A stretch of DNA of 64,000 bases from a virus, in IMG/VR virus record IMGVR_UViG_3300021373_002437, positions 31,981 through 95,980 of that record. One strand, given 5' to 3'. This document shows, in pieces, positions 9,878 to 21,677 of this stretch. Numbering within the stretch: position 1 is the stretch's first letter; each line of letters opens with the position of its first letter. Below the pieces are notes generated by a model. That model had not been told where the DNA came from. It did not search any database and saw only the letters and a program-made list of their open reading frames with translations. The position numbers and the translations under genes are program-made.

Positions 9878-11473
9878 GTGTCACTAATACTAACAAGAGA
9901 AGGTAGGGTACAAATTGCTCGTTCGATGTTGAGAGACATTCAAAACGAGAACGACTATTATTACTTTACCATAGGCAGAACGGAAGCTTGGTCGGACGAA
10001 GAATTGCCCGATACTCCTTTGGACTCCCCAGAGTCTTTGAATGAGTATCGACGCAGAATTATGTTTGTCCAACGAGTTACCGGTGCCGATGTTTGTCACT
10101 TAGTGACACGAATAAACTGGGTGTCTGGTACTGTATATGACCCATACGATGACAATTACAGTGCCAGCAATCCAGCGTATTCTGAGGCTACCACACTTGC
10201 CGATGCAAACTTTTATGTGCTAACTGATGAGTTTAAGCTTTACAAGTGCATCGACAACAATAACAACGCTCAGAGTACAGTAAAACCAACCACAACCAGC
10301 ACAGATACGGTCACTCTAGCAGACGGGTATGTATGGAAATTTCTTTTGCAAGTCACTTCGGCTGACCAGACAAAATTTCTAAATTCATCCTACATACCGG
10401 TGCGGAAGCTTACGGGCAACCCTACCTTTGATGTGAATGGAGAGGTTGATTCTGTAAGTGTTGTTAGTGGTGGTAGTGGTTATACCACCGCGTCAGTAAC
10501 TATCAGCGGTGACGGGTCTGGAGCCACGGCAACTGCCACGATTGTTGGTGATGCCGTTGATTCTATTAATGTCACCAGTGAAGGTAGTGGGTATAGCTTT
10601 GCAATCGCCTCTATAAATGGAGACGGGACTGATGCAACGGCTGATGTAATTTTGGGTGACGCAGACAGTCTACCAGCACTCCAATCTGCAGTAGAGGCTG
10701 CGGCAAGTGCTGTGGGTGGGGGTATAGATAGAATTGTTGTTACTGATGTAGGACAAGACTACAGTGAAGGAGATGTTGAAGTAGTTATCACAGGTGATGG
10801 AACTGGCGCAGAAGCAACCGCAACCGTATCAGCTAATACTGGTGCTATTACTGGAATAACCGTAACATCACCGGGCACTGGATATACTTTTGCAGACATT
10901 ACATTTACTCAGGCTATTGGTATTGGTACCGGTGGAACAGCCAGAGCGGTGATTGGTCCTATTGACGGACATGGAGCAAATTCAGTTAAAGAACTTTTTG
11001 CAAACAACCTTGCTTTGGTAAGTCCATTGGCAGACCCAAATAACATCGATCTTATTGTGGATAACGATTTTAGACAAGTTGGGCTTATAAAGAACATACA
11101 AAATTTTGCAGAAGATGCCAACTGGACAGAATCAACCGGTTCGGCTACCTTTGTAATAGATGTAAACGATGCTAATGATTATGCTGTTGATGATGTCATT
11201 ACTACTGATGAGGGTGGAAGTTTTAGGGTGTCCCATTTATCAGATGATAATAGTGGTACTTTTCAGGTACATTTGATACCAGTCATACCATCAATTACTG
11301 CGAGTAGTGTTCTGACAAATGTTACTCAAGGTTTGACTCCACTGAGTATAAATAGTGTAACCTCTCCAGAAATAAGCAATACTACAGGCGATATTTTCTA
11401 TATTGAAAACATTGTAAGTATTACGAGACAAGACAATCAAGTAGAGACAATTAAGGTACTGATCACTTTTTAG
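9878..11473 (+). CDS. 8: Baseplate wedge gp8
   Basis: YYFTIGR..W.DE..P, RINW.SGT.YD.Y, LYKCIDNN, DGYVWKFL, NDFRQVGLI, G.I.YIEN..R...Q.E.IK. GTG start. Confidence 0.9.
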   Translation: MSLILTREGRVQIARSMLRDIQNENDYYYFTIGRTEAWSDEELPDTPLDSPESLNEYRRRIMFVQRVTGADVCHLVTRINWVSGTVYDPYDDNYSASNPAYSEATTLADANFYVLTDEFKLYKCIDNNNNAQSTVKPTTTSTDTVTLADGYVWKFLLQVTSADQTKFLNSSYIPVRKLTGNPTFDVNGEVDSVSVVSGGSGYTTASVTISGDGSGATATATIVGDAVDSINVTSEGSGYSFAIASINGDGTDATADVILGDADSLPALQSAVEAAASAVGGGIDRIVVTDVGQDYSEGDVEVVITGDGTGAEATATVSANTGAITGITVTSPGTGYTFADITFTQAIGIGTGGTARAVIGPIDGHGANSVKELFANNLALVSPLADPNNIDLIVDNDFRQVGLIKNIQNFAEDANWTESTGSATFVIDVNDANDYAVDDVITTDEGGSFRVSHLSDDNSGTFQVHLIPVIPSITASSVLTNVTQGLTPLSINSVTSPEISNTTGDIFYIENIVSITRQDNQVETIKVLITF

Positions 11474-11482
11474 GAAAAAATA

Positions 11483-14400
11483 ATGGCACTAGATTTAAAT
11501 ACTTCCCCATATTATGATGATTACGATGGTGACAAAAACTACAATCGGATTTTATTTAAACCGGGTGTTGCTGTGCAAGCAAGAGAACTCACACAGCTTC
11601 AGACTGCACTTTCAAATCAGATTGGTCAATTAGGCAGCTTCACTCTTAAAGATGGTGCAATCATCAGTGGCTGCGAAGAAACCCTCACTCCACTGAAGTA
11701 TGTGAAGATTATTGACACCGATGCCGGTGCTCAAACCGTTGAAAATGCCAATCTAACAAACTATGTGGGTGCTACCGTTACTGGTGGGACCACAGGACTG
11801 ACTGCTCAAATCGTGGCAGTAAAGCCGGGAACCACTGGAAGTTCCCCTGATCTCAAAACTCTTTATCTGGTTTACACTGGTCGAAACAATGGAGATACCC
11901 GAGTTTTTGATCGAACAGAAACCCTTACCGTGTCTTCTGAGGATTCTACCATTCAGGGCGATACCTTTGTAACCCACGATTCTGGAACTGACGCTGCTGC
12001 GCCTCCGGGTGATCGCACTCGATATGAGGGCACTGCACCAAAACTTCAACTTTCAGAGGGAATAATTTTTGCCCGTGGTGCTTTTGTAAGAACAAAGGCG
12101 CTTTCTGTTTTTATAGACCCATACACATTCAATGCAAACAAGCGAGTAGGGTTTTATGTAACTGAAAATATTGTCGGCTCTACTGATGACCAGACTCTCT
12201 TAGACCCGGCTGGCGGTTCTTTTAATTTCAATGCTCCGGGTGCTGATCGTTTGCAGTTGCAGGTATCTTTACGTTCATATTCCGAAGATGTCACTCTACC
12301 AGAAAACTTTTACCAGTACGCAAGCTTCCAGAACAGAAAAATTTATCGTTCGGACATAAAGACAGACCCATTGCGTGGTCTTGGTGACATTCTTGCTCAA
12401 CGAGCATATGACGCCAACGGTAGTTATAATATTTCTGGAATGCATGTCTCTATTCAAGAAGATTTGAATGATGGTTTTAACAAAGGTCTTAAGGGTGCAA
12501 CACAGGGTGGTGATGCCACAAAACTCAATTTTATAGTTAGTCCCGGTAAAGCCAATCATATGGGTTACCCGGTTGAAATTCGGGCCCCATCATACTTTCA
12601 AGTTAGTAAGCCAACTACATTTGATACCGTAGATGATATAACACAGTCAACTGCTTATGGAAACTTTGTTGTTCTTGACGAACTTTGTGGTGCGTGGGAT
12701 ATAGATGGTGGTGATAGCACTGCTGGTGATGGTATTGTAGACCTATACGATACTGCCCAGACCGCAGTTACCTCTGCAACATATTCTGGTACCTCTTTAT
12801 CTGGTACCAAGATTGGTAGAGCAAAAATCCGACAAATAGTTCACCGCTCTGGAACCCAAGGTGCGGCTGCTGCAGAATACGAATTGTATCTATATGATAT
12901 TAAGATGGACTCTGGAGTTTTTGCTGATGTTCGTTCGGTGTCTTATCAAAATAATAATGCCGTTGGTATCGCTGATGCCGTTTTAGAAGGTGGTGCTGCA
13001 ATTCTGAAGGAGCCAAACTTCAATAAGTTATTCTGGCCCCTCCCATACGCCCACATGAAAACATTGGCACCAAGCGCAACATATGATTATAGTTTCGTCT
13101 ACCAAAAAGAATTTGACACATCAGCAACCGGTGGTGGAGTCATTACTTTAGATTCTGCTCTATTACAAACCGGGCAGACATTTACTTTTGGTAATGGTGT
13201 TCTGTCAGACTCACAAATTTTAGCCAACATTAACGTGGTTGCTATAGACCCGTTCACTGCAGCAAATACTTATGTTGCTGGCGAGCATATTGATCTTACT
13301 GATGCGAGTGTTACAGTAACCCAAAACAGTACAACATCACTATCAATCGATCTGGGTGGCACTATTGCCGCATCAAACCGTGATGTGCGGGTGTATTGTA
13401 ATGTTCAATATGCAGACATTACTCCAATAGCAAAGACTCTCAACGAAGATCGTCTTGTTAAGATTGATGCAACTACAAACGAAGAAGGCGCTTCAAGTGG
13501 AAAATATTGCTTGGGTGTAACCGATGTATTCCGAGTAGTACAGATTACTGCAACAGATAATGCAGATTATGAAACAAACATCCGAAACGTCACAGATGAA
13601 TTTTTGTTGGACAATGGACAGCGCGACAACTATTACGGTCTTGCGTCTATTAAGCTTAAGGCATCAAGCACATTCGATTTGTCAACATATAGATATGTCA
13701 CAGTAAAACTGGATTTCTTTACCCACAGTGTAAATGGTCCTACTTTTTCTGTTGTTGATTCTTATCCAATTGACGATACTGGTGCCACTGGAATTAAGAC
13801 TGAAGAGATTCCGGTGTTCGCTTCTTCAAGAAATAAGATTTACGATCTTAGGAATGTGATTGACTTTCGACCTTACATGGAAAACACTGCAGCAAATACA
13901 AGTGTTATTGGTTCTGCTACAGAAAATCCATCTAACACACAGGTTGTTGATCGTCCATCAAATGGGTTAACAAACCCATCCCCAGTGAACAGCATGACTA
14001 CTGACCTAGAGTATTATCTCGGTCAGGGATATAAAGTATTTATCGCGGCTGATGGTAAAATTCGCGTCGATTTGGACACACCAAAGGCGCTACCCAAGAT
14101 TCCTGTCACTCCACCAAATTCTTTGGTGTTGGCGAAAGGTATTCTTACACCATATCCGTGTCTGTCTCCAAACGCAGCAAACTACTACAATAGAGAAGAC
14201 CTTGCTGCTGATATTGAACAAGTCAGAACCAAGCGTTACACCATGCGAGATATTGGTGGGCTTGAAAAGCGAATCGAAAACCTTGAGTATTACACTGCAC
14301 TCAGTCTGTTAGAAACTGAGGCGAAGAATAAAGTTATTCTTGATTCAACTGGCACAGTAGATAGATTTAAAAACGGTCTTATGATCGATGCCTTCAAAGG

Positions 14401-17400
14401 TTATAGTGTTGCCAACGTTGCATCTGATGACCACAATTGCTCAATTGACCGTAAGCGTCAAGAGTTACGCGCACCGTTTGATCACAGCATTGTAGAGTTT
14501 AAACCGATCACCGGCTCTACTGTGGGTCAAACTGGAGAAATGTTTCACGTAACATACCAAGATGCTGTTTATACTAAGCAGATGCAGGCGAGTAGCTTGC
14601 GTAACGTTGTGGGTGAACTACTATACGCTGACCCAGATGCGAGCAATCCATTAATTCAAACCTCAGATGAGGTTGAAGCCTTAGCAATTATTGATCGGGT
14701 AAATGAGTCTTGTGTTACCCCATACACCACACCACCAACGGCTTCAGGAAAAACCTATAGCCTGTTCCGTTCACATCAAAGCATAAACGAAGGTCAGACT
14801 TTAACTATCCGTCTGGAAACCCGTAATGTAACTGAGAATACAACTGTAGGTTATACGATTACGGGTATTGCAAGTGCAGATATTGATGGGGCACCTTTAA
14901 CTGGAAACTTCACAGTAGATGCGACTGGTGATTCAGTAGCCACCTTTAACATTACAGCAGATGGTAGTACAGAAGGAACAGAAACACTCACTCTTACGTT
15001 GGATGCTACTGATAGCCTTGGCAATTCCACAGGCTCTACTGCACCGGCTACTGCTGTAACTATCAACGACACAAGTACTTCAGTAACCCCACCGGTTTCT
15101 CCATATGGCCCATATGCTGGTAGTCTCAACATTGTCCCCAATGAGGACAGTTGGTATGATTTGGATTACGCAGAACCGGCCTACGATAATGTTGTTGGTG
15201 AATGGGACAATCTGAACATCAGCGGTAACTGGTCTGATGAGTGGGGTTCTTGGGAAGAGGTTAGTCGAGATATCATTTCACCATTCTCCACAAATACAAG
15301 CACTATTGTAGAAGAAGGAAATGAAGTTCTAGACTCTCAATCAACCACTACGGAAAAAGTTTCTGGTGGTACTAACACTATTTTGGTTAAGAACTACTAT
15401 ACACCAATTACTACTTACGATGAAACCACCACGATTAATGCTACTGTTTTGGTACAGGAACAGCGTACTGGTTTGCGTTACATCGACTATGGTTCAATCC
15501 CAGAAGAAACTACAGTAGAGTCTGAAGAAGTTCTTTCTGTTGTTGCGGCTACATTTGTACGCCCACAAGCGATTTCTGGTACCGCGACTGGTTTGATTCC
15601 AAACACGCTTCACCACGTTTCTATGGGTGGCAATAAGAAGGCAGAAGTGACCACAAACAGTCAGGGCAATGCTTCTTTCTCATTCAACATCCACCGTGGA
15701 GAGTTTGAGTGTGGCAACATTCTTGTGACTATCAGTGATGCAAATCACTTCGATTCCATTGAATCTGCTGCATCTACTTATTTCTCTGCTAATGGTGAAA
15801 AGAGAACATTACAAAAAACCTATACTACAACCAAGTGGACTCCACCATCAACAGCAGTTCCTTTGTTCGATACTAGAGACAGAACTGAAGGTGGTGGTAG
15901 CGGCATTTCATTACAAACCACTCCTACTGTGGATAAAATTTGGAGAACCACTACTGAGGTTACTGGTTTTGAGCCAGACCCAGAACCAGTTGTTTATGAA
16001 GACATTCTTATTTCTCAGGTTTGTAATGTTCCCGCAGATGGAACCGCAACACAAACTTGGCAACGTGGTGGCTCTTCTGGGGACACATACACAATAGAGA
16101 TTTCAGACTCTGGTTGTCAGCCAGAAGTTACTGGTGCGAGCGGCGAAACCGAATGTGGAGATGGATATTACTACAACTCTACCTTGGGGATTTGTGTTCA
16201 GGCTGATGCTAACATCACTGACATTGTAATGTATGACGAAATTGAAAACACCAGTACAGTTTCTGGTTCACAAAACGTTGCGGTGGCTAGTTTTACAAAT
16301 GATGTATTAACAACTTTTGTAGAGACTACTCGTGGCGATACATATGGTGATGGTGATATTGATACGGAAGGTGTAACGGAAGAAATCATTGAGTTGATGG
16401 TTCAGGAAGATTTGGGTTATCTGCCATACACAGAAACTATTAACGATGTTACTACTGACCCAGCAATCACCACCAAACTGGAAACTGCTGCCACATTTGA
16501 TTTTTCATATGACTTTGATATCTATGAAGAGTGGAACTATTGTTTCTGGGGCAGAGACCCAATCGCTCAAACATTCCTCGTAACAGGAATGGAAGGTGGT
16601 ATGTTCGTTCCTAGCATCAACGTTTATTTCAGACATGTTCCTGCAGAGGGTAACAACAATGGTATCACCATGCAGATTCGTGAGGTTGTTAATGGGGTTC
16701 CGGGTCCAGATACGGTCCCTAATGGAACCAGACATTTAAAGCGTTCAGAAGTTTTCTGTTCGTCTACTAACCCAGATGGAACTCATAATTATATTGCGAC
16801 TAAATTTAAGTTTAGGAATCTTGTACACCTAGAAAATAACAGAGAGTATGCTGTTGTTCTTCTTCCAGACGCAGATGACCCAAATTATGTTGCGTATACT
16901 GGGGTTCTTGGTGAAACCACTTTTGGTACTACTACTAGAATAACTAAGCAAGCACACGGTGGTATCTTTTTTACTTCCGCGAACAACAGAACTTGGACTC
17001 CTCATCAAGACGAAGACCTGATGTTTGTTGTACATCGTTGTAACTTTAAGACCGACGAAGCACAGACCCTACTTACTGCCAATAAAAACTTTGATTGGCT
17101 ATCCTTTACTGCTGATGGATGGGAAACTGGGTCTCGTTCTGGATTCGTAGTTGGTGATGAATTGAACAGCATGACCTTTACAATTACAGATGGTGGAACC
17201 GGATATGGCTCCGACCCGACAGTTACAATTACCGATAACAATGGTCTGGGAACGGGTGCAACCGCAACCGCTCAGAGAAGTGGTGGTGTGGTTACAAGCA
17301 TTACGCTAACAGACCCCGGCTCTGGTTTTACTAGTGAATCTGATATCAGTGTAGCATTCTCTGGTGGAAGCCCGTCCACAACTGCTGTTGCAACGGCTAC

Positions 17401-18556
17401 TCTAAACAGAGGTATTATCCGATACATCGAAGACGGTCCTTCTTACAAGGTCGAGGTTACTGATGGTCGCTTTTACGATACCAATACAGCAGCAAACCCA
17501 GCAAGAACTCTTGTTGGTGGTGTAGAAACATTTGGCACAGTTTCTGCAATTGGTGATCGGGTTGTTAGTGCTTATGTACTAAAATCTTCAGAAATAAATC
17601 CAGCCAGTTTTGGTTCGATTACAAAGACCATAGCACTCACTGATACTGGTGCAGGTGCTGCTGGTTCAACTTTCGTGGACTTGGATACCAATACCACGGT
17701 TGAGCTTGAAACAGAGAAAACTATTTACAGCTATTCAAATGAGGCAGATAGTTATTCTGGAAACAAGACAGCAAACGCATCATTTGTTCTTCAAACAAAC
17801 AAGAATAATCTTTCGCCAATGATAGATTTGGCGTCACTGTCAATGGGTGTTTTTAAGAACAATATCAATAATGATGCCTCTACTGAAGAAGTTCGTTTTG
17901 GTGGGGACTCAACTATGAAGTATATCTCCAAGACGGTCATTCTTGCCGATGGTCAGGATGCGGAAGACATGCGAGTATATCTGGATAACCAAATCCCAAC
18001 CGGTTCTAGTGTTAATGTATTTGGTAAGTTCATGGCGAAAGAAGATGACGGTGAAATTAATGACGATATTTTCTGGAAAGAACTTGAACTTGAAACCGGT
18101 CCATTGGTCGCTACAGAGAGTTTTGCCGAATACGTGTATAAGATTCCAGACAAAGCAAGCAGTTCTGGCTTGAATGCTGGTGTCTTCGAATATGATGTTG
18201 ATCGTATTTCTGCAATAGGTATTTCTGCAGGTGGTAGTGGATATGGTTCTGCTCCAACGGTAACCATTTCACACACTGGAGATGGGTATGGAGCAACAGC
18301 AGAAGCTATCATCTCTGGTGGTGTAGTTACTGAAATCCGAATTACAAATCCGGGTCGTGGATATACTGGTGGTGTTATTACTGCTACTCTAACCGGTGGT
18401 TCACCTTCAGTGGCAGCTACTTTGAACACACCCACAACCAACACAGTGACCTATAGCACTTATAAATATTTTGCAATAAAGATTGTTCACACTAGTCCAA
18501 ATACAACGCAAATTCCAAAATCATCTGGATTGAGGGCGTTTGCATTGCAGGCATAA
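11483..18556 (+). CDS. Large VrlC-like / DUF4815-like virion structural protein
   Basis: [87 protein letters not shown]. Confidence 0.85.
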   Translation: MALDLNTSPYYDDYDGDKNYNRILFKPGVAVQARELTQLQTALSNQIGQLGSFTLKDGAIISGCEETLTPLKYVKIIDTDAGAQTVENANLTNYVGATVTGGTTGLTAQIVAVKPGTTGSSPDLKTLYLVYTGRNNGDTRVFDRTETLTVSSEDSTIQGDTFVTHDSGTDAAAPPGDRTRYEGTAPKLQLSEGIIFARGAFVRTKALSVFIDPYTFNANKRVGFYVTENIVGSTDDQTLLDPAGGSFNFNAPGADRLQLQVSLRSYSEDVTLPENFYQYASFQNRKIYRSDIKTDPLRGLGDILAQRAYDANGSYNISGMHVSIQEDLNDGFNKGLKGATQGGDATKLNFIVSPGKANHMGYPVEIRAPSYFQVSKPTTFDTVDDITQSTAYGNFVVLDELCGAWDIDGGDSTAGDGIVDLYDTAQTAVTSATYSGTSLSGTKIGRAKIRQIVHRSGTQGAAAAEYELYLYDIKMDSGVFADVRSVSYQNNNAVGIADAVLEGGAAILKEPNFNKLFWPLPYAHMKTLAPSATYDYSFVYQKEFDTSATGGGVITLDSALLQTGQTFTFGNGVLSDSQILANINVVAIDPFTAANTYVAGEHIDLTDASVTVTQNSTTSLSIDLGGTIAASNRDVRVYCNVQYADITPIAKTLNEDRLVKIDATTNEEGASSGKYCLGVTDVFRVVQITATDNADYETNIRNVTDEFLLDNGQRDNYYGLASIKLKASSTFDLSTYRYVTVKLDFFTHSVNGPTFSVVDSYPIDDTGATGIKTEEIPVFASSRNKIYDLRNVIDFRPYMENTAANTSVIGSATENPSNTQVVDRPSNGLTNPSPVNSMTTDLEYYLGQGYKVFIAADGKIRVDLDTPKALPKIPVTPPNSLVLAKGILTPYPCLSPNAANYYNREDLAADIEQVRTKRYTMRDIGGLEKRIENLEYYTALSLLETEAKNKVILDSTGTVDRFKNGLMIDAFKGYSVANVASDDHNCSIDRKRQELRAPFDHSIVEFKPITGSTVGQTGEMFHVTYQDAVYTKQMQASSLRNVVGELLYADPDASNPLIQTSDEVEALAIIDRVNESCVTPYTTPPTASGKTYSLFRSHQSINEGQTLTIRLETRNVTENTTVGYTITGIASADIDGAPLTGNFTVDATGDSVATFNITADGSTEGTETLTLTLDATDSLGNSTGSTAPATAVTINDTSTSVTPPVSPYGPYAGSLNIVPNEDSWYDLDYAEPAYDNVVGEWDNLNISGNWSDEWGSWEEVSRDIISPFSTNTSTIVEEGNEVLDSQSTTTEKVSGGTNTILVKNYYTPITTYDETTTINATVLVQEQRTGLRYIDYGSIPEETTVESEEVLSVVAATFVRPQAISGTATGLIPNTLHHVSMGGNKKAEVTTNSQGNASFSFNIHRGEFECGNILVTISDANHFDSIESAASTYFSANGEKRTLQKTYTTTKWTPPSTAVPLFDTRDRTEGGGSGISLQTTPTVDKIWRTTTEVTGFEPDPEPVVYEDILISQVCNVPADGTATQTWQRGGSSGDTYTIEISDSGCQPEVTGASGETECGDGYYYNSTLGICVQADANITDIVMYDEIENTSTVSGSQNVAVASFTNDVLTTFVETTRGDTYGDGDIDTEGVTEEIIELMVQEDLGYLPYTETINDVTTDPAITTKLETAATFDFSYDFDIYEEWNYCFWGRDPIAQTFLVTGMEGGMFVPSINVYFRHVPAEGNNNGITMQIREVVNGVPGPDTVPNGTRHLKRSEVFCSSTNPDGTHNYIATKFKFRNLVHLENNREYAVVLLPDADDPNYVAYTGVLGETTFGTTTRITKQAHGGIFFTSANNRTWTPHQDEDLMFVVHRCNFKTDEAQTLLTANKNFDWLSFTADGWETGSRSGFVVGDELNSMTFTITDGGTGYGSDPTVTITDNNGLGTGATATAQRSGGVVTSITLTDPGSGFTSESDISVAFSGGSPSTTAVATATLNRGIIRYIEDGPSYKVEVTDGRFYDTNTAANPARTLVGGVETFGTVSAIGDRVVSAYVLKSSEINPASFGSITKTIALTDTGAGAAGSTFVDLDTNTTVELETEKTIYSYSNEADSYSGNKTANASFVLQTNKNNLSPMIDLASLSMGVFKNNINNDASTEEVRFGGDSTMKYISKTVILADGQDAEDMRVYLDNQIPTGSSVNVFGKFMAKEDDGEINDDIFWKELELETGPLVATESFAEYVYKIPDKASSSGLNAGVFEYDVDRISAIGISAGGSGYGSAPTVTISHTGDGYGATAEAIISGGVVTEIRITNPGRGYTGGVITATLTGGSPSVAATLNTPTTNTVTYSTYKYFAIKIVHTSPNTTQIPKSSGLRAFALQA

Positions 18557-18558
18557 AA

Positions 18559-18831
18559 ATGAACTTAGAAAAAAAGGCAAAAGAACTTAAATTGGGTGAT
18601 ATACATGTTGCTACCGAGGCACCGGGGTTTCATAGGAGTGTAAAAAACAAGGCACTTTTAAACACGGACTCTCGTGGGTTGGCTGAGTATAAAGCCCAAA
18701 GAAAGGTTCGTAAAGAACAGCAAAAGAGGCTTGATAAATACGAGCAAGACGTTGAAGAAATTAGAGATGACGTTACTGAAATTAAGGATGCCCTTAGAGC
18801 CATTCTTAATAAAATGTCTAATGAAAATTAA
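18559..18831 (+). CDS. Small coiled-coil hypothetical protein
   Basis: 90-aa ORF after the VrlC-like gene; TATAAATA at 18461. Confidence 0.65.
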   Translation: MNLEKKAKELKLGDIHVATEAPGFHRSVKNKALLNTDSRGLAEYKAQRKVRKEQQKRLDKYEQDVEEIRDDVTEIKDALRAILNKMSNEN

Positions 18832-18835
18832 CAAG

Positions 18836-18843
18836 TATAAATA
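18836..18843 (+). promoter_or_regulatory. T4-type late promoter
   Basis: Intergenic TATAAATA followed by AGGAG. Confidence 0.8.
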
Positions 18844-18870
18844 GTTGTACATATATAAAAGGAGAACTTA

Positions 18871-19350
18871 ATGTCAACTTTAACCCTTCGATCTGTTAAA
18901 GGTAGTCCCTTAACAAATACAGAGGTCGATGATAATTTCACAAACCTGAATACTGATAAGTATCAGTCGGGGGATTCTCCTAGTTTTGCTGCATTAACAT
19001 TGACTGATTCACACACCGCTGCGGCTGAATTGATAGTTGCTGCTGGTTCTGTTCAGGGTGATGCGGCTGCAATTACTAAAACGCATGCCATAGTCACCAC
19101 TGCCACTGCTGATCAGGGAGTCCAATTGACCGCAGCAGCACTAGGGCTGACACATGAAGTAACCAACGAAACTGCTGTTAATGTTAAGGTTTATCCACAA
19201 ACTGGAGAAAATATCAATGATCTTGCATCCAACATTGCAATTGATCTAGCTCCCGGTGCGACTTTAAAATTCGTAGCACGAGACGGTACTGAGTTTAGAA
19301 CTCGGGTCGATGTAGTAATTTATGACGAAGGCGGCAACCGTCTAAACTAG
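18871..19350 (+). CDS. Fibre-like structural protein
   Basis: N-terminal TLRSVKGSPLTNTEVDDNFTNLN motif seen in phage fibre/appendage proteins. Confidence 0.6.
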   Translation: MSTLTLRSVKGSPLTNTEVDDNFTNLNTDKYQSGDSPSFAALTLTDSHTAAAELIVAAGSVQGDAAAITKTHAIVTTATADQGVQLTAAALGLTHEVTNETAVNVKVYPQTGENINDLASNIAIDLAPGATLKFVARDGTEFRTRVDVVIYDEGGNRLN

Positions 19351-19359
19351 AGTATTTAA

Positions 19360-20466
19360 ATGCGCCCATTACGAATTAAAGCGTCAGGTACACCTATAGC
19401 CTCTGATAATTTTCAGGGTCTGCAGGCAATGACCGATGCAGAGATTAATGAATATCTGTCTTATGTTGTAACTAATAAATTTGCTACAGATACTGACGGC
19501 ACCGGTGCGGGTGAGCTAAACGTAGATACAGCAAACCTTCTTACCGGCTCCGCAATCGGTACTTTCATAGATACAATTCGTGATGAGACCATTGGTACGC
19601 ATCCAGCTACGGGGGCCACTACCCCTACAACCTATTATTTTAAGCAAGTCACCGCTGCAGTCGCAGAAAGCATAACCAATCGTCCAGTCGGTTGGGATAA
19701 TGGCGTCAATGAGTTTACCGATGCTGAATTGGATGTTGATATTCTGGATAAAATTATTCAGGATATGGTAACAGAAACAGACTATACTGTTGGACAATAT
19801 CAACTTAAGGCAACTTCTCCTGTTGGTGGTACTTGGACTTCTAGGTATACAATAACAGATACTAGACAGTCTGGAAATCTCACCACAACACTTTGGCAGA
19901 AAACCGCCCCAACATCTTCAGCAAATGCTGATTTAACCGCTTTGAAAATTGAGAATCAAACTTCATTGAGAGGAATGACTGCTGCTGAGATTGAACAAAT
20001 TGTACCAAATTTCAGAAATAGAATTGTTGAAGATTATGGTACCACGCCGGGGGTTGGGTGTTACCTTGTACAAGCTACTGCTCCTACCGAAACCGGCACT
20101 TGGGTCCAAATGGGAGATGACCTTATCGATACCAGACAAGAAAATCTGGACGATGCCTACGCAGGAAATTTCGATCAAGCTTTTACTGGTGCTTACACCG
20201 GAACACAAGACTATACTGGTGCTTATACTGGAACATTTACTGGTGTATATACTGGTGATTACGATTTTTCATACTCTGGTTTTACTGCGGTATTTACCGG
20301 TTCATATACTGGTGGGTATGACCAAACATTCACGGGGCCATACACTGGCGAAGCAGATTTCACTGGTGCCTACACAGGAACCTTCACTGGTGCTTATTCT
20401 GGACTAACGATACAAGCGACTACTGAAGACGTAACTAATCTGAAGCTTTGGTTACGAACAGCTTAA
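19360..20466 (+). CDS. Putative virion protein with three internal repeats and a (Y/F)-T-G repeat tract
   Basis: MTDAEI/FTDAEL/MTAAEI and G.Y.L.AT.P..GTW...DTRQ...LW repeats; 16 (Y/F)(T/S/A)G units near the C-terminus. Confidence 0.7.
   Translation: MRPLRIKASGTPIASDNFQGLQAMTDAEINEYLSYVVTNKFATDTDGTGAGELNVDTANLLTGSAIGTFIDTIRDETIGTHPATGATTPTTYYFKQVTAAVAESITNRPVGWDNGVNEFTDAELDVDILDKIIQDMVTETDYTVGQYQLKATSPVGGTWTSRYTITDTRQSGNLTTTLWQKTAPTSSANADLTALKIENQTSLRGMTAAEIEQIVPNFRNRIVEDYGTTPGVGCYLVQATAPTETGTWVQMGDDLIDTRQENLDDAYAGNFDQAFTGAYTGTQDYTGAYTGTFTGVYTGDYDFSYSGFTAVFTGSYTGGYDQTFTGPYTGEADFTGAYTGTFTGAYSGLTIQATTEDVTNLKLWLRTA
20158..20403 (+). repeat. (Y/F)-T-G-x tetrapeptide repeat tract
   Basis: YAGNFDQAFTGAYTGTQDYTGAYTGTFTGVYTG...YDQTFTGPYTGEADFTGAYTGTFTGAYSG. 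Confidence 0.95.
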
Positions 20467-20471
20467 GCTGT

Positions 20472-20479
20472 TATATATA
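20472..20479 (+). promoter_or_regulatory. Variant late promoter
   Basis: Intergenic TATATATA (1 mismatch to TATAAATA) before 20510. Confidence 0.55.
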
Positions 20480-20509
20480 GTATTATAATTTATTTTATGG
20501 AGTGTTATC

Positions 20510-20992
20510 ATGACAGACATGACTGTTCCTGCAGATAATGTATCTGTGGAAATTCCCCCCGAACCACCAAAAAAAGAATATCTAAATCCCTACTGGTCCA
20601 ACAAGGAAAATCGTCACCTTATAGTTACGATTAAATTCCCCAATGGAAAAACTTCCACTGCATCTATTCAAGACACGGATGGTAGTAACCCAGACATGAA
20701 AGAAATTATGAAGGTTTATACCGAGGAAGACATTGATGCTAATACACAAAAGGGTCTTGATGTCCGTAATGAAAAAATCCGAAAACATGCAGAGAGAAAA
20801 GAATCGCAAAAAGCAAGGGCAAAGCAAGAGGCGCTTTTTGCAATTAAGCTTGAGATGTTTGAAATCGATACAATCAAAAATTCAGAAAATAAAGAATTGA
20901 AAAGACGCATTAGAAAAGCGAAGACCATTCCTGAAGCACAAGCCTACTGTACAATTTTGTTAATGAAAGAGATGGAAAATGAGTCAAAGTAA
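20510..20992 (+). CDS. Hypothetical protein (charged helical C-terminus; possibly chaperone/adaptor)
   Basis: GGAG SD; 160 aa; overlaps the next gene. Confidence 0.65.
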   Translation: MTDMTVPADNVSVEIPPEPPKKEYLNPYWSNKENRHLIVTIKFPNGKTSTASIQDTDGSNPDMKEIMKVYTEEDIDANTQKGLDVRNEKIRKHAERKESQKARAKQEALFAIKLEMFEIDTIKNSENKELKRRIRKAKTIPEAQAYCTILLMKEMENESK

Positions 20993-21677
20993 AGGATTTG
21001 TAATAGTAGCTTCCAAGAAAAAAGCATTCTACAAGTATGCAAAAATTCTAGCAGAATCTGTTAAGGATTTTTATGAGGACGCGAACATAACTTTTTTTAC
21101 CCATGCAAACTGGATTGAAGAAGAAGACCTTGAATTGTTTGATAATATAGTTTTCGAGGGCATTCCAGACCACCCAAGAGCAAAACTTTGGGCACTGAAT
21201 AAAACACCATACGACATAACGGCATATCTCGATGCAGATATGATTTGTGAACATGAAGATATAAGAAATGTATTCGATCTTTTACCAGAAGACAAGGATA
21301 TTGTATTCACAAAGAACCGACCTTATAACGCCGCCTTGACTAAGTTATCGGAATCAGAAGAAATGACATGTCATTGCGGCTTTTTTGTTTATAGAAAAAA
21401 TGATGAAACAATGTCTCTGATGGGTGCTTGGTGGACCGAGTATTGTAAACAGTGGGAACCCGACTATGATATGATGCACTATCCAGAAAGTGCTAGGAAG
21501 TGGGACACCTTCACTATGTGGAGGCTTCTTGAATATGGGCATCAAAAAGTAGATTGGGGATATATAGAAGAGCCTGATGCTCGTTGGAATTTTGTTAATG
21601 GATACCACTACGAAGAATTGCAGGGTACCGAAATCGTTCTGTACCACCATACCATACCAAAGGACGAACTCATTTGA
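20979..21677 (+). CDS. GT-A fold glycosyltransferase (GT8-like)
   Basis: RAKLWAL..TPYD.T.YLDAD (DxD), H.G.F.Y, WDT, RWN, HHT. Confidence 0.75.
   Translation: MSQSKGFVIVASKKKAFYKYAKILAESVKDFYEDANITFFTHANWIEEEDLELFDNIVFEGIPDHPRAKLWALNKTPYDITAYLDADMICEHEDIRNVFDLLPEDKDIVFTKNRPYNAALTKLSESEEMTCHCGFFVYRKNDETMSLMGAWWTEYCKQWEPDYDMMHYPESARKWDTFTMWRLLEYGHQKVDWGYIEEPDARWNFVNGYHYEELQGTEIVLYHHTIPKDELI

Noticed and set aside
20158-20403. CRISPR array or DGR template/variable repeat
   Set aside because: The repeats are codon-degenerate protein repeats without spacers; no reverse transcriptase or cas gene is in the window.
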